Below, in pieces: positions 48,732-62,632 of a stretch of DNA of 64,000 bases. The notes under the pieces were generated by a model. It saw nothing but the letters and a program-made list of their open reading frames with translations, was not told the origin of the DNA and searched no databases. The position numbers and the translations under genes are program-made. The DNA is from an uncultured Verrucomicrobiae bacterium (lineage in GTDB: Bacteria; Verrucomicrobiota; Verrucomicrobiia; Chthoniobacterales; UBA10450), in the NCBI GenBank assembly GCA_963735805.1, contig CAVTMK010000004.1, positions 128,001 to 192,000 on the forward strand, written 5' to 3'. Numbering within the stretch: the first letter of the stretch is position 1; every line of letters begins with the position of its first letter.

Positions 48732-49535
48732 TTACACCGCAATGGGCGCCTTGATCGATGGATGCGGGTCGTAGCCGACAAGCTCGAAATCTTCAAATTT
48801 GAAATCGTGAATGTTTTTCACGGCCGGATTCAGCTTCATCCGCGGTAAAGATCGAAACTCTCGTGAAAGCTGCTCGCGCGCTTGTTCCAGATGGTTTTTG
48901 TAAAGATGCAAGTCGCCAAAGGTATGAACGAAATCGCCGGGTGTGAGACCAGCAACCTGCGCCACCATCATCGTAAATAATGCGTACGAGGCGATATTGA
49001 AAGGAACGCCAAGAAACAGATCGGCGCTTCGTTGATAAAGCTGGCAACTGAGCTCGCCGTCCTGAACGTAAAACTGGAAAAGAAGATGACATGGTGGCAG
49101 CGCCATTTTGTCGATTTCCGCCGGATTCCATGCGCTTACGATGAGTCGGCGACTCTGCGGATTTGATTCGATTTGCGTAATCAGATTGTCGATTTGATCC
49201 ACCCGCACGCCGTTTGCACCGCGCCAGTCGCGCCATTGCGCGCCATAGACGCGGCCGAGATCGCCAGTTTTGTCGGCCCACTCGTCCCAGATGGTCACGC
49301 CATGTTCATTGAGGTACCGAACATTCGTGTCGCCGCGCAAAAACCAGAGCAGTTCGTAGATGATCGATTTGATGTGCAGCTTTTTGGTCGTGAGCAGCGG
49401 GAATCCCAGTCCATCCGTGCGCAAGTCAAATCGCGTCTGCGCGCCGAAGACAGATAATGTGCCCGTGCCGGTGCGATCCGTTCGCGGTTGACCTTTCTCG
49501 AGTACGAGTCGGAGTAGCTCGTGATATTGTCGCAC
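48732..49535 (-). CDS. thyA: Thymidylate synthase
   Basis: [35 protein letters not shown]. Confidence 0.97.
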   Translation of the reverse strand: MRQYHELLRLVLEKGQPRTDRTGTGTLSVFGAQTRFDLRTDGLGFPLLTTKKLHIKSIIYELLWFLRGDTNVRYLNEHGVTIWDEWADKTGDLGRVYGAQWRDWRGANGVRVDQIDNLITQIESNPQSRRLIVSAWNPAEIDKMALPPCHLLFQFYVQDGELSCQLYQRSADLFLGVPFNIASYALFTMMVAQVAGLTPGDFVHTFGDLHLYKNHLEQAREQLSREFRSLPRMKLNPAVKNIHDFKFEDFELVGYDPHPSIKAPIAV

Positions 49536-49779
49536 GCGGAAATTTTATCGCGGTGCGCGCTTTCGCGAAACAGAATTTCTTTTCATCTCGCACGCAATCT
49601 CTGGAGCGGCGGCCATGGCCGTCCCCCAACGGAACTGCCGCCCTCTGCATCTTGTGATTGCGAGATTCGAGCGGGCAACCAAGTTTTCGCGAAGCTGCCG
49701 CACGAACCGGTTTTGCTTTTCGAAAGAGTTCAAAAGTTGGCGCCGTGTGGTCCGCACTCCACCGATCCTTCTACCGAAA

Positions 49780-50191
49780 CTCTTACAATCTATGAAGACG
49801 CGCCCACACTGACGCCGCTTGACCTCGGGCCGCCCGGAAACAGTCCCGGCGACGCGTATTATTTCTCCGCTCCAATATATTCGAGCCTCGGCGGTCGGTT
49901 GATTGGCGAGGCATTTGGTTCTAAAACGTTGATTAAGCTTGCCGCTCAGGCCAATCCAAACTCCGAGAAACGTGCCACGCTTCTGTTTTTCACCTTTGCC
50001 GAGGTCAGGATCAAATCATAGTTCTGGGCGCTGCCGATTATCCACCGACCACGGCTGAATTTCGTTCAGACCAGGCTGTCGTGCGTTCCATTCTGGCTGG
50101 AACTGGGAGATACATGGGCGCCCATGGCCAATTGACCAGTACGCGGAAGAAGGACGACTCGTACACGCAGGTGTTCACACTGCTCAAGTGA
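49780..50191 (+). pseudogene. Dirigent / allene-oxide-cyclase-like beta-barrel protein, frameshifted at ~50002; 5' end unclear
   Basis: DLGPPGNSPGD...FFTFA, then in the shifted frame GQDQIIVLG...RSILAGTGRYMGAHG...YTQVFTLLK* (stop 50189-91). Confidence 0.55.
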
Positions 50192-50390
50192 TGCGAATCG
50201 AAAATCGCGGCGATGCGTCTCATTGACACGGCCGCCCGCCGAAACAAGGTCGAATCGAGCCGAATTGTCTCATATACCGCCGAGCCGCCTCAATAGCTAA
50301 TTGACGTTAGTCACTAGCGAAGAGCAGCTTAAGCTCAAGCGCCCGCGCCTGGCCCGAGGCTTGCTGAGGAACATGTAGATTTTAACTTAA

Positions 50391-52403
<2,013 letters not shown>

Positions 52404-52482
52404 GGGAAACAATTTGCCGATGGCTCCGGAAATTTCGGAACGCCGGCACAACAACAAACCAAAGGAGTGATAACAACAACTT

Positions 52483-52779
52483 ATGGCAACAGTTAATGTA
52501 AGACCGCTCGGAGATCGGGTGCTGGTGCAGCCGATGGAAGAGCAGGAAGTAAAAAAAGGCGGAATCATCATCCCCGATACCGCCAAGGAAAAACCACAAG
52601 AGGGGAAAGTGGTCGCCTTAGGCACCGGCAAAATCGATGACAACGGTAAGAAAGTCGATTTCACGGTGAAGAAGGGCGACAAGGTGCTGATCTCGAAATA
52701 CGGCGGCACCGAAATCAAGATCGACGACGAGAATTACCTGATCATGCGCGAGGACGACATCCTCGGCATCATCGGCTAA
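52483..52779 (+). CDS. groES: Co-chaperonin GroES
   Basis: [25 protein letters not shown]. Confidence 0.98.
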   Translation: MATVNVRPLGDRVLVQPMEEQEVKKGGIIIPDTAKEKPQEGKVVALGTGKIDDNGKKVDFTVKKGDKVLISKYGGTEIKIDDENYLIMREDDILGIIG

Positions 52780-52781
52780 TC

Positions 52782-54446
<1,665 letters not shown>

Positions 54447-54470
54447 TCGAGAGTCGAAACAACAAATAAC

Positions 54471-54503
54471 AAACAGCCGAGCTCGCAAGGGCTCGGCTGT
54501 TTT
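54471..54503 (+). terminator. Rho-independent terminator after groEL
   Basis: AAACAGCCGAGC-TCGCAAGG-GCTCGGCTGTTT(T). Confidence 0.88.
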
Positions 54504-54577
54504 GCTTTCACGATGGAGCAAAAATAGATTTGCGAATTGCTGATGATGTGGGGAAAGCTCGGGGTTTAGTCTTCACT

Positions 54578-55894
54578 ATGTGCCGGATATTATTTCTTTT
54601 CGTTCTTTGCGGGTTTTTGACTGTGAGTAGAAGCGCGCCAGCGGCGGCAGACGTCATGAATGCTGTCGCCGAGCGGTACGTCCATCTGGTACTGGCCCTG
54701 GGACAGCATGATCCCGATTACGTCGACGCGTTTTACGGACCGACAGAGTGGAAGACGCGGGTGGAGAAGGAAAAAAAGTCGCTGGATGCGATCGGTGCCG
54801 AAGCCGCCGAGTTGGTCGCGATCCTGGCGAAAATTCCCGACGCAGCAACGTCGGATGATGAGATCCTCAAATTGCGGCGCGAATATTTGCAGAAACAAAT
54901 TTCCGCGCTGGCGGCGCGGGTCCGGATGTTGAAGGGCGAAAAATTAAAGTTCGACGACGAGTCTCGCGCGCTTTACGACGCTGTCGCGCCGACATATGGG
55001 GATTCACATTTCGATCAGATCATCGCCCAACTCGAGAAGAAAATTCCCGGCACAAATCGCGAGTCGGGCTCGGACCCGTTATGGGAGCGCTACGAGGCAT
55101 GGCGGAAGCCGTTTCTGATTCCGAAGGAAAAACTCGATCACGTGTTTCAACTCGCGATCAAGGAATGCCGAGCCCGAACGCTGGCACACATTGCGCTTCC
55201 GCCTACCGAGAGTTTCACCGTCGAGTACGTGACCAATAAGCCATGGGGCGGTTACAATTGGTACAAAGGCAATTTCCACAGCGTGATTCAGGTGAATACT
55301 GATCTGCCGATATACATCGATCGCGCGGTCGATCTCTCGGCGCACGAAGGTTATCCCGGCCATCACGTTTATAACTCGCTGCTGGAAAAGAACCTGGTCC
55401 GCGATCGCGGCTGGGTGGAGTTTTCGGTTTACCCGCTCTTCTCACCGCAATCGCTCGTCGCGGAAGGGACAGCGAATTTCGGACGCGAGGTTGCGTTCCC
55501 GACCAAGGCCGAGCGAATGAAGTTCGAGAAAGAAGTTTTGTTTCCGGCAGCGGGAATCGATGCCTCACGCGCAGACGAATATTACGCTGTGCAGGATTTA
55601 ATGAAGCAGCTCGACTATGCCACGAACGAGGCCGCGCGAAGATTGATCAACGGTGAGATCGACCAGAGCGCTGCGGTGCAATCGTTGCAAAAATACGCAG
55701 TGATGGAACCAGCTCGCGCTCAGCAGCGGGTGAAATTCATTCAGCGTTACCGAAGTTACGTAATCAACTATAATCTCGGGGAAGACATCGTGCGTCGTTA
55801 CATCGAGAAACGAAGCGGCAGCGATCCTGAGAAACGGTGGGGCGAATTCGCCAAACTCATTTCCTCGCCACGATTGCCGAGCGGATTGCAGTAG
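54578..55894 (+). CDS. Secreted DUF885-like zincin protein
   Basis: Signal peptide, AHEGYPGHH, downstream AEG, SYVINY. Confidence 0.65.
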   Translation: MCRILFLFVLCGFLTVSRSAPAAADVMNAVAERYVHLVLALGQHDPDYVDAFYGPTEWKTRVEKEKKSLDAIGAEAAELVAILAKIPDAATSDDEILKLRREYLQKQISALAARVRMLKGEKLKFDDESRALYDAVAPTYGDSHFDQIIAQLEKKIPGTNRESGSDPLWERYEAWRKPFLIPKEKLDHVFQLAIKECRARTLAHIALPPTESFTVEYVTNKPWGGYNWYKGNFHSVIQVNTDLPIYIDRAVDLSAHEGYPGHHVYNSLLEKNLVRDRGWVEFSVYPLFSPQSLVAEGTANFGREVAFPTKAERMKFEKEVLFPAAGIDASRADEYYAVQDLMKQLDYATNEAARRLINGEIDQSAAVQSLQKYAVMEPARAQQRVKFIQRYRSYVINYNLGEDIVRRYIEKRSGSDPEKRWGEFAKLISSPRLPSGLQ

Positions 55895-55904
55895 ACTTTC
55901 TGAG

Positions 55905-57047
55905 ATGATTAGTCGTCGGCAATTTACGAAAACCTTGGGCGGGGCGGTGACGTTGACCGCGATCAAGCCGGACGCTTTGTGGTCGAGCGAACCGACCGCT
56001 GACGCCACAACGGTATCGGTGTTGCCCGTTGCGGCGGAATTGTATCGCAAGGCGTTGGTAATCGACGGGAACGTACTGGGCGCGATCGGGTTTCCGATTT
56101 CGAATGATGATCCGGCGGGCGTGACCAAGCGGATTGTCGGGTCCGGTGTCAACGTAGTGAAGTCGACACTTGGCGGTCCGCAGGGAAATTTTGAGGAGGC
56201 CGTGGCCGCGATCGCGAACGCGGAGCTGTTGATGGAAAAGCAGCCGGAAGCGTTTTTCAAAGTGCAGCGCGCGGCCGATTTCGATCGCGCGAAGAACGAA
56301 GGAAAGCTCGGCGTCATTTACTCGTTCGAATCGCCGAACATGCTCGAGGACAAGATCGACAGGATCGAGCTGTTCCGCAGTCTCGGGGTGCGCCTGATGC
56401 AGCTTACCTACAATCATCGGACACCGCTCGGGTGCGGTTGTCTCGACGGCGACACGGACGGCCTGACCGATCTCGGCCGCAGCGCCGTGGCCAAAATGAA
56501 TGAGATCGACGTTGCGCTTGATCTCAGTCATTCCAACACAAAGACGACGGCAGACGGCATCGCGGCGTCGAAGAAACCGGTGTTGATCACCCACGCCGGC
56601 TGTCGCGCTGTTTATATGCATCCGCGGAACAAGGAAGATCGCGAATTGAAGGCGTTGGCGGAGAAAGGCGGGGTGATCGGAATTTACATGCTGCCGTTTC
56701 TAACCGAGCCGCCGAAGCAGCCGATGCTCAAGGATTTTCTCCAGCATCTCGACCACGCGGTCAAAGTTTGCGGCGAAGATCATGTGGGGATCGGGACGGA
56801 CGTTCCCTTTTTGCACGTCGGCGAAGAGGAACTTGCCGAACTGAAACGCAGGAGCGAGGAGCGGAAAGCCGCGGGTATCGCTGCGCCAGGCGAGGACCGG
56901 CCGGCTTATATCCCGGACCTGAACACCGAACGGAAACTCGAGCTCGTAACCGATGCGTTGTTGAAACGGGGATACAAAAGCGCGGCAGTAGAAAAAATCC
57001 TGGGCGGTAATTTCAAGCGAGTCTTGGCCGATATCTGGTCGGCGTAA
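55905..57047 (+). CDS. Tat-exported membrane dipeptidase (M19) family protein
   Basis: SRRQF Tat motif, QLTYN, DLSH, ITH, HPRN, HVGIGTD, ILGGNF. Confidence 0.85.
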   Translation: MISRRQFTKTLGGAVTLTAIKPDALWSSEPTADATTVSVLPVAAELYRKALVIDGNVLGAIGFPISNDDPAGVTKRIVGSGVNVVKSTLGGPQGNFEEAVAAIANAELLMEKQPEAFFKVQRAADFDRAKNEGKLGVIYSFESPNMLEDKIDRIELFRSLGVRLMQLTYNHRTPLGCGCLDGDTDGLTDLGRSAVAKMNEIDVALDLSHSNTKTTADGIAASKKPVLITHAGCRAVYMHPRNKEDRELKALAEKGGVIGIYMLPFLTEPPKQPMLKDFLQHLDHAVKVCGEDHVGIGTDVPFLHVGEEELAELKRRSEERKAAGIAAPGEDRPAYIPDLNTERKLELVTDALLKRGYKSAAVEKILGGNFKRVLADIWSA

Positions 57048-57195
57048 TTACTCAGGCATCTGTCCCGAGCCGCCAGTTGACCAGTTTGTTTCTCGATCAT
57101 TGGGAGGTGTGAGGATGCCAAAAACCCGACAGGATTTACGCGTTCCTATTGCTCGCCAACCAAGGCATTGATGCGAGTTAAATAAAGCTGGCCGC

Positions 57196-57273
57196 TGGAG
57201 CCACGGCCCATTGGGTCCTCGTCCTAGAGTGAAAGTGCCATCGAACTGAACCGGCCACAGGCCGGTGGCTACA
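57196..57273. repeat. GTAG-type REP doublet (REPIN-like)
   Basis: Right arm reverse complement TGTAGCCA-CCGGC-CTGTG-GCCGG; degenerate left arm TGGAGCCACGGCCCATTGGGTCC. Confidence 0.6.
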
Positions 57274-57389
57274 ACATTCGTGTGATCGCGCTAGGCGGTG
57301 GCCATGATTCGGGAACTCGTTAGGCCGAGCTTTGTCAAATTTGCTTTAATTCATTCCCAAAACCGTGCAATGTCGAAAGCGGAGGTTTT

Positions 57390-57767
57390 ATGACGATCTG
57401 GCAAATTATTCTCCTAATCGCCGCGTTTGGAGCGGTGGGCGGAATTGTTAACTCCGCGATTAGCGGCGAGTTTAATTATCCGCGGTTTGATCCCGGGGCG
57501 AATGTCTGGCGGCCCGGTTGGATCGGTAATGTGTTGGTTGGCGCGGTTGCTGCGCTGGTGGTCTGGGGCGTTTATGGTCCGCTGGCATCGTACGATTTGG
57601 TAACGGGAAGAACGATCGAGCTACATCTCACTGTCGCCCAGCTTCTGACTTCGCTTGTTGTCGGCTTAAGCGGTGGTAAAATTCTTACATTGATGGCTGA
57701 GAAACAGGCAGCGACGATTTCAAAAGATCAACTCGCTGCCACCCTTAGCGCGCTAACGAAAGATTGA
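57390..57767 (+). CDS. Hypothetical 3-TM protein (DUF4257-like)
   Basis: GGAGG RBS; GAVGG, PGWIGNVLVGAVAA, GLSGGKIL. Confidence 0.65.
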   Translation: MTIWQIILLIAAFGAVGGIVNSAISGEFNYPRFDPGANVWRPGWIGNVLVGAVAALVVWGVYGPLASYDLVTGRTIELHLTVAQLLTSLVVGLSGGKILTLMAEKQAATISKDQLAATLSALTKD

Positions 57768-57768
57768 T

Positions 57769-57954
57769 ATGGTTATCCAAGACGAAAAAGCCGCAAAGAT
57801 TCAGGAGCTTTTAAAGCAGCTTTCCAGCGCCGATACGTTCCAATCGGTCGCGATCACGCGGCAAATCAGGGATATCGCAACTGAAAATGCAGGGCAGAAA
57901 AATCAGGCTGCACCAAACAAACCCGTAGCCATTAAGCCCGACACAAATAGTTGA
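57769..57954 (+). CDS. Hypothetical small protein
   Basis: ATG 1 nt after the upstream stop; helical-looking 61 aa. Confidence 0.5.
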   Translation: MVIQDEKAAKIQELLKQLSSADTFQSVAITRQIRDIATENAGQKNQAAPNKPVAIKPDTNS

Positions 57955-57965
57955 GTTTTGCCAAC

Positions 57966-58166
57966 ATGAGCTTGGCTGAAATCAAGACTGCCATCCAACG
58001 GCTTTCGTTTGAAGAGCGCGCCGAGTTGGCGGCATGGTTGCACGGTTGGGATGATGATGACTGGGACGAGCAGATGAAGCGCGACATCGCGGGCGGTAAG
58101 CTCGATACGATTCTCCACGAAGTGGAAGATGATATCAAAGCAGGTCGCCTCCGCGATATGCCGTGA
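57966..58166 (+). CDS. Putative type II antitoxin
   Basis: MSLAEIKTAIQRLS..E...WDEQMKRD..GKLD; acidic; GTGA overlap with the toxin. Confidence 0.7.
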   Translation: MSLAEIKTAIQRLSFEERAELAAWLHGWDDDDWDEQMKRDIAGGKLDTILHEVEDDIKAGRLRDMP

Positions 58167-58429
58167 AGTCCAGAACGCATCGGCGATTCTGGCACCAGTT
58201 CCATGGGCTGCTAGGTCACGTCCAATGTCTCGCGCGAGAGAAGTTTCAACTCTGGCTACGGGATCCCTTCCATCCCTCGATGCGGTTCAAACCGCTTTTC
58301 GGCATTGTCTGGTCAGTTCGAATTGGAGACAGCTATCGTGCTCTCGCACGTCGGGAATGTGATATGGCGGTGTGGTTTTGGATTGGGACTCACGAAGAGT
58401 ATACCAATTTCATTAACAGGCTTCGTTAG
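58163..58429 (+). CDS. RelE/ParE-superfamily toxin
   Basis: DPFHPSMRFK, WSVRIG..YRALA, WFWIGTHEEY; basic 88 aa. Confidence 0.78.
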   Translation: MKSRTHRRFWHQFHGLLGHVQCLAREKFQLWLRDPFHPSMRFKPLFGIVWSVRIGDSYRALARRECDMAVWFWIGTHEEYTNFINRLR

Positions 58430-58509
58430 AAAACCTTCGCCTCTTGTGGCGTCAACAATCAGCAATCGGGCTTGCCATAAGCGCGCGCATCGCGGATAAT
58501 AAAGTCCCG

Positions 58510-59232
58510 ATGATCAGGGCGAATTGTCGGGCGCGGTTTACTGCGGCTGATTTCGACTTCATCGTGCGCACGCTCGCGCGGTCGCAAACTGGTCAGGTCT
58601 CTCTTGTCGATCTGTTGAGCGACGTCGAAACGCTAGATTCCATTCTGGACCATCCACAGCTGGTTGATGCGATCTTAAATCACTGCGGGCATCTTCGGAT
58701 ATCGTCGCAATTTTATTTTTATGTGCTGGCCCGCCATGTTTTGCAGCAGGGCGGAATTGGCGACCGAAAATTGTGCGATTATGTCGCGTCATTGTTGGAA
58801 ACGTTTTCGCGCGCGAAGCAATTGCAGGGGCCGCAAGCTTCGGGGCGCGCCGAGTCCGCTACGGCGGATTCGTCCATTGGCGAGCAATACATTTCGGACA
58901 TCCTGATTGCGTTGACCCGGGCGAGTCCCGAGCAAGCGTTTCTGCTTCGGGCGCATATCGGCAATTATTCGCTCTTCATCAGCGGAATTTTTCATCCCGC
59001 GGTCGCGGGACAGCGCAGTTTGCGCGGCGGTCCGGACATCGGATTCTACGAACGGGTTGGCCGGACCAACTATCAACTGGTTGCATCGCACGCTGCCGCG
59101 CGTCGGTGCGAACTGGATGATGTTTTCGAAGGATTGGCAGATCGGTTCCGCGATGTCCGGCTCGCGCTGAACCAACTCTCCGATCGACTGCTGAACCTGG
59201 ATGACGACGCGCGACCTTCGCTTTCCTTGTGA
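58510..59232 (+). CDS. Conserved hypothetical protein
   Basis: Long ORF, MIRANCRARFT...DYVASLL...IGNYSLFISGIF. Confidence 0.7.
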   Translation: MIRANCRARFTAADFDFIVRTLARSQTGQVSLVDLLSDVETLDSILDHPQLVDAILNHCGHLRISSQFYFYVLARHVLQQGGIGDRKLCDYVASLLETFSRAKQLQGPQASGRAESATADSSIGEQYISDILIALTRASPEQAFLLRAHIGNYSLFISGIFHPAVAGQRSLRGGPDIGFYERVGRTNYQLVASHAAARRCELDDVFEGLADRFRDVRLALNQLSDRLLNLDDDARPSLSL

Positions 59233-59936
59233 ACGAGACGCTCTTCAGCCAGATCCAGAAATTATTTGAGCGAACCTACGCGCAGGTCGGGATCAATCTG
59301 GAAGATTGCCTGATCGATAGGACACGCTGCGGGCAGTTGTCTATTTTGGCTGGAAAATCCGCCGTCGAATTGAGCGAACTTGCGCGCACGTTTTTGCGAC
59401 GCGCAGGCGACCAGCTTTATGTCGGCATTTATTATTCGCGCTGGCTCATCGAACAACTAGAGCAACACGATCCGCGCGCGGGAGTCGGCGATCGAAACAT
59501 CCGGTCGCTGATCATGTTCGTAGAGGAACTCAATCACGCGTTGCATGCGGCGCTTCAGTTCAAAAAAGGAACCCGCGAGATTGCTTCCGAGGATTTTGCG
59601 CGAAATCTGGAGCTCCAGGCGCAGGTCGATACCTATCTGGTTCTGCTTTTGTTTATCGCGTTCTTTCGAAAAACGCAGCGAGTCTCGCGTATGGACCGGC
59701 GCTGGCTGCGCTTTCATCTTTTCGCGCGCCAATGCCCCGAGGCATTTCGCGATGCAAATTTGCGCGGCCGTTATTTGGAGACAAGCCAGCTCGCCGCGAG
59801 CTACACGCGGTACCTGGACACTCTCAACAACCAGCGGCGGCTCGATGAAATCCGGCGCTTTCATTCACTCGAATACGGCGCAAAAAAGGCGCGGATTTTG
59901 GCGCTTACAAATCGCAGCTCGAACCAGACAAGCTAG
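59229..59936 (+). CDS. Conserved hypothetical protein (EExxH...ELQAxVD motif)
   Basis: GTGA overlap with the upstream gene; EELNH, LELQAQVDTY. Confidence 0.7.
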   Translation: MNETLFSQIQKLFERTYAQVGINLEDCLIDRTRCGQLSILAGKSAVELSELARTFLRRAGDQLYVGIYYSRWLIEQLEQHDPRAGVGDRNIRSLIMFVEELNHALHAALQFKKGTREIASEDFARNLELQAQVDTYLVLLLFIAFFRKTQRVSRMDRRWLRFHLFARQCPEAFRDANLRGRYLETSQLAASYTRYLDTLNNQRRLDEIRRFHSLEYGAKKARILALTNRSSNQTS

Positions 59937-59974
59937 CAGTTGCGCGAACATGGCGACACGGCGATTACTCTGGC

Positions 59975-60418
59975 ATGACGACGTATCCGAAAAGCCCGAA
60001 AGAGACGACTTGCGGCATGATGTATTTCCCGCGAATGCTCGACAAGATTCGCCTGTACGCACACGGCGAACTGCATGAGGATTATCACGAGAACCTCGGC
60101 GGAGCGAAAGCGGCCGATGGAACGTGCTGTAATTTTCTGCGTGTCGACTATAGCGATCTTCGCGATCGGGTCCTCCAAGGCGGAACCGACGAGGAGATCC
60201 TCGAATGGTGCTTTGAAAAAGGCCGCCGCTTAAATGACGGCGATCTGTTTGTTTGGAATGGGTTCGCATCGAAACTCGGATGGCGGGATTCAATCACGCC
60301 ACGGCTCGAACAACGAAAAAAGGAAGCGGGAATCGCCGATCGCCACGACATTGTCACAATACCCGACCTGATCGATTTTGATGAGGGCCGGTTCCCACAG
60401 GCAGCCAAGACTCCGTGA
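59975..60418 (+). CDS. DUF5069-domain protein
   Basis: PKSP..GMMYFPRMLDKIR, GGTDEEILEW, DLIDFDEGR. Confidence 0.8.
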   Translation: MTTYPKSPKETTCGMMYFPRMLDKIRLYAHGELHEDYHENLGGAKAADGTCCNFLRVDYSDLRDRVLQGGTDEEILEWCFEKGRRLNDGDLFVWNGFASKLGWRDSITPRLEQRKKEAGIADRHDIVTIPDLIDFDEGRFPQAAKTP

Positions 60419-60897
60419 GCTCCTCGAATGTGATCTGCCGACGAATAACGTTTGGCGCCGCTGTTTGTCTGTGCATTCTCGCATTCAGCGCGTGTGAGTA
60501 CGAAGTTCCAATCACATCGAGTCCAACTCGCAAGGTGCAGGAACAACTGCTTGGGAATTGGGTTTCACTGGATGGCAAAGAGAACATGAGAATACGCTCG
60601 TGGGACAACAGCACTTACGCCGTTTATTACGATGGCGACTTGTTCCGCGCTTATCACTCCGACGTCGCGGAAACACCGTTTGCCAGTGTTCAGGACCTCA
60701 ACTCGAACGATCGGAAGTACGCTTATGTGGTTTGGAAACTGTCGGATGACGGCCAGCGCCTCAGTTTACGAAACGTGAACCGCAAAGTAGTCCCGAAGGA
60801 AACCAAAGATTCCGCCGCGGTTGCTGCGCTTTTGACAAAAAACGCTCGCAACCCCGAGCTGTTTGGCGAAGAGATCGAGTTTCGCAAGGAGAAATAA
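60415..60897 (+). CDS. Putative lipoprotein
   Basis: Lipobox FSAC; LLGNW. Confidence 0.65.
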   Translation: MSSSNVICRRITFGAAVCLCILAFSACEYEVPITSSPTRKVQEQLLGNWVSLDGKENMRIRSWDNSTYAVYYDGDLFRAYHSDVAETPFASVQDLNSNDRKYAYVVWKLSDDGQRLSLRNVNRKVVPKETKDSAAVAALLTKNARNPELFGEEIEFRKEK

Positions 60898-61057
60898 GGG
60901 GCGGTTCTAGCCACCTCATTGAGCCGCGACAAAGGTGGAACGCGTGGTCCTCAACACGTTGAAGAATATCTGGCCTCGGGCAACCGCCATCGGCTCGCCG
61001 CGGCGAGCTGATCGACCTTGACACAGCAATTGATGATCACACGCTCTTCTGACAAAG

Positions 61058-62536
61058 TTGGAAATGCGTGGATTGCAAAATCGTCTTAGCGTGGCCCTTC
61101 TTCTCTCGCTTTTATTGTTTTTCTGGACTGCGCCAATCCAGGCGCAGGCAACCGCTAAGGGAACATTGTCGCCATCGCCGACACCGGCTGTCTTTTCGCC
61201 GCAGACACTCGCGGACCTGAAACAATTACGGCAGGCCGCTTTGACCAGCGACTATGCGTATCGGCAGGTCGCGCATTTGTCGAATAACATCGGGCCACGT
61301 TTGACCGGATCCGCGCAGGCAGCCAAAGCAGTTGAGTACGTCGCCGAACAGTTGAAGGGCATCGGCTGCGAAGTACAACTCGAAAAAGCGATGGTGCCGC
61401 ATTGGGTGCGCGGCGAAGAGACAGCCGCGTTGGTTCAATTTCCCGGACAAGCGCCAGGCACAACGCAAAAAATTGTGCTTTGTGCACTGGGGGCAAGTGT
61501 GGCCACGCCTCCGAACGGAATCGAAGCAGAAGTCATCGTCCTTGGAAATTTTAATGAGCTGAAATCGCTGCCCCGGGACAAAGTCGCGGGCAAAATCGTG
61601 CTTTTCAATTATCCGTTCGATAAGCAAATGGCCGCGGAAGGTCGCGGCGGCGATGCGTACAGCGAAGCGGTTGTTTATCGAAGCAATGGTCCAAGTGCAG
61701 CTGCGCGACAAGGCGCGCTCGCCTGTCTGATTCGTTCGGTTGGCGGAGCCGACTATCGGCTTCCGCACACGGGTGAGACGGATTACGCAAATGACGCACC
61801 CAAAATTCCCGCCGGGGCCGTCACATCGGAGGATGCGGATTTAATTGCTGACCTGGTCCGGCAGGGACCGGTGAGAATGAAACTGGTTTTGACGCCGCAA
61901 ACTCTGCCAGATGTCGAAAGCGCAAATGTTATCGGCGATCTGAAAGGCAGCGAACATCCCGAAGAGATGATCGTCGTTTCCGGTCACCTGGACTCATGGG
62001 ACCTCGGTACAGGCGCGATTGACGATGGTGCCGGTGTCGCAGTGTCGATGGAAGTGGCGAACCTCATCCAAAAACTCCATCTCAAACCGAAACGCACGAT
62101 TCGGATAATTGCGTGGATGAATGAAGAAAATGGATCGGCCGGTTCAAAGCAGTACGCAAAAGATCATCAAAACGAGATGTTGAATCACTTCGCGGCCATG
62201 GAAACCGACGGTGGGGCCGATCATCCGCTTGGCATCAACATCAAGGCAAAACCAGAAGTGAAAAAGATGCTAGAGCCGGTCGCAGGAATTTTGCAGGAAT
62301 CAGGCGCGGGCATGCTTAGTTTAGTCGAACATTGTGGGGCTGACATCAAGCCGCTGGAGACAGCTGGTGTGCCTGCCTTTAGTCCGATCCAGGACAGCCG
62401 TTTCTATTTCAATTATCACCACTCTGCCGCCGACACGTTGGACAAAGTTGTCCCGAAAGAATTGGCCGAGAATTCCGCCGTCGTCGCAGTTCTTGCCTAT
62501 GCGCTGGCGAACATGGAGCGACCGTTGCCTCGGTGA
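61058..62536 (+). CDS. M28 family metallopeptidase (carboxypeptidase Q-like)
   Basis: GPRLTGS, GHLDSWD, AIDDGAG, NEE, YHHSAADT. Confidence 0.9.
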   Translation: MEMRGLQNRLSVALLLSLLLFFWTAPIQAQATAKGTLSPSPTPAVFSPQTLADLKQLRQAALTSDYAYRQVAHLSNNIGPRLTGSAQAAKAVEYVAEQLKGIGCEVQLEKAMVPHWVRGEETAALVQFPGQAPGTTQKIVLCALGASVATPPNGIEAEVIVLGNFNELKSLPRDKVAGKIVLFNYPFDKQMAAEGRGGDAYSEAVVYRSNGPSAAARQGALACLIRSVGGADYRLPHTGETDYANDAPKIPAGAVTSEDADLIADLVRQGPVRMKLVLTPQTLPDVESANVIGDLKGSEHPEEMIVVSGHLDSWDLGTGAIDDGAGVAVSMEVANLIQKLHLKPKRTIRIIAWMNEENGSAGSKQYAKDHQNEMLNHFAAMETDGGADHPLGINIKAKPEVKKMLEPVAGILQESGAGMLSLVEHCGADIKPLETAGVPAFSPIQDSRFYFNYHHSAADTLDKVVPKELAENSAVVAVLAYALANMERPLPR

Positions 62537-62538
62537 GT

Positions 62539-62615
62539 TGTAGTCGCCCCGCTATGTTGAGGCGCACCCGGGCGTATTGCTGCCGCGGCACGGCAAATGC
62601 AGCGCCGTGGCTACA
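62539..62615. repeat. GTAG-type REP doublet (REPIN-like)
   Basis: TGTAGTCGCCCC..GAGGCG and an inverted arm (reverse complement TGTAGCC-ACGGC..GCCGT) between convergent genes. Confidence 0.65.
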
Positions 62616-62632
62616 TCTTCCTGTAATGCCGC

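Noticed and set aside
57048..57190. Gene remnant on the minus strand
   Set aside because: Short frames with no recognisable similarity
60898..61040. Possible ncRNA in a long spacer
   Set aside because: Only imperfect palindromes, more like decayed repeat elements; no recognisable RNA family
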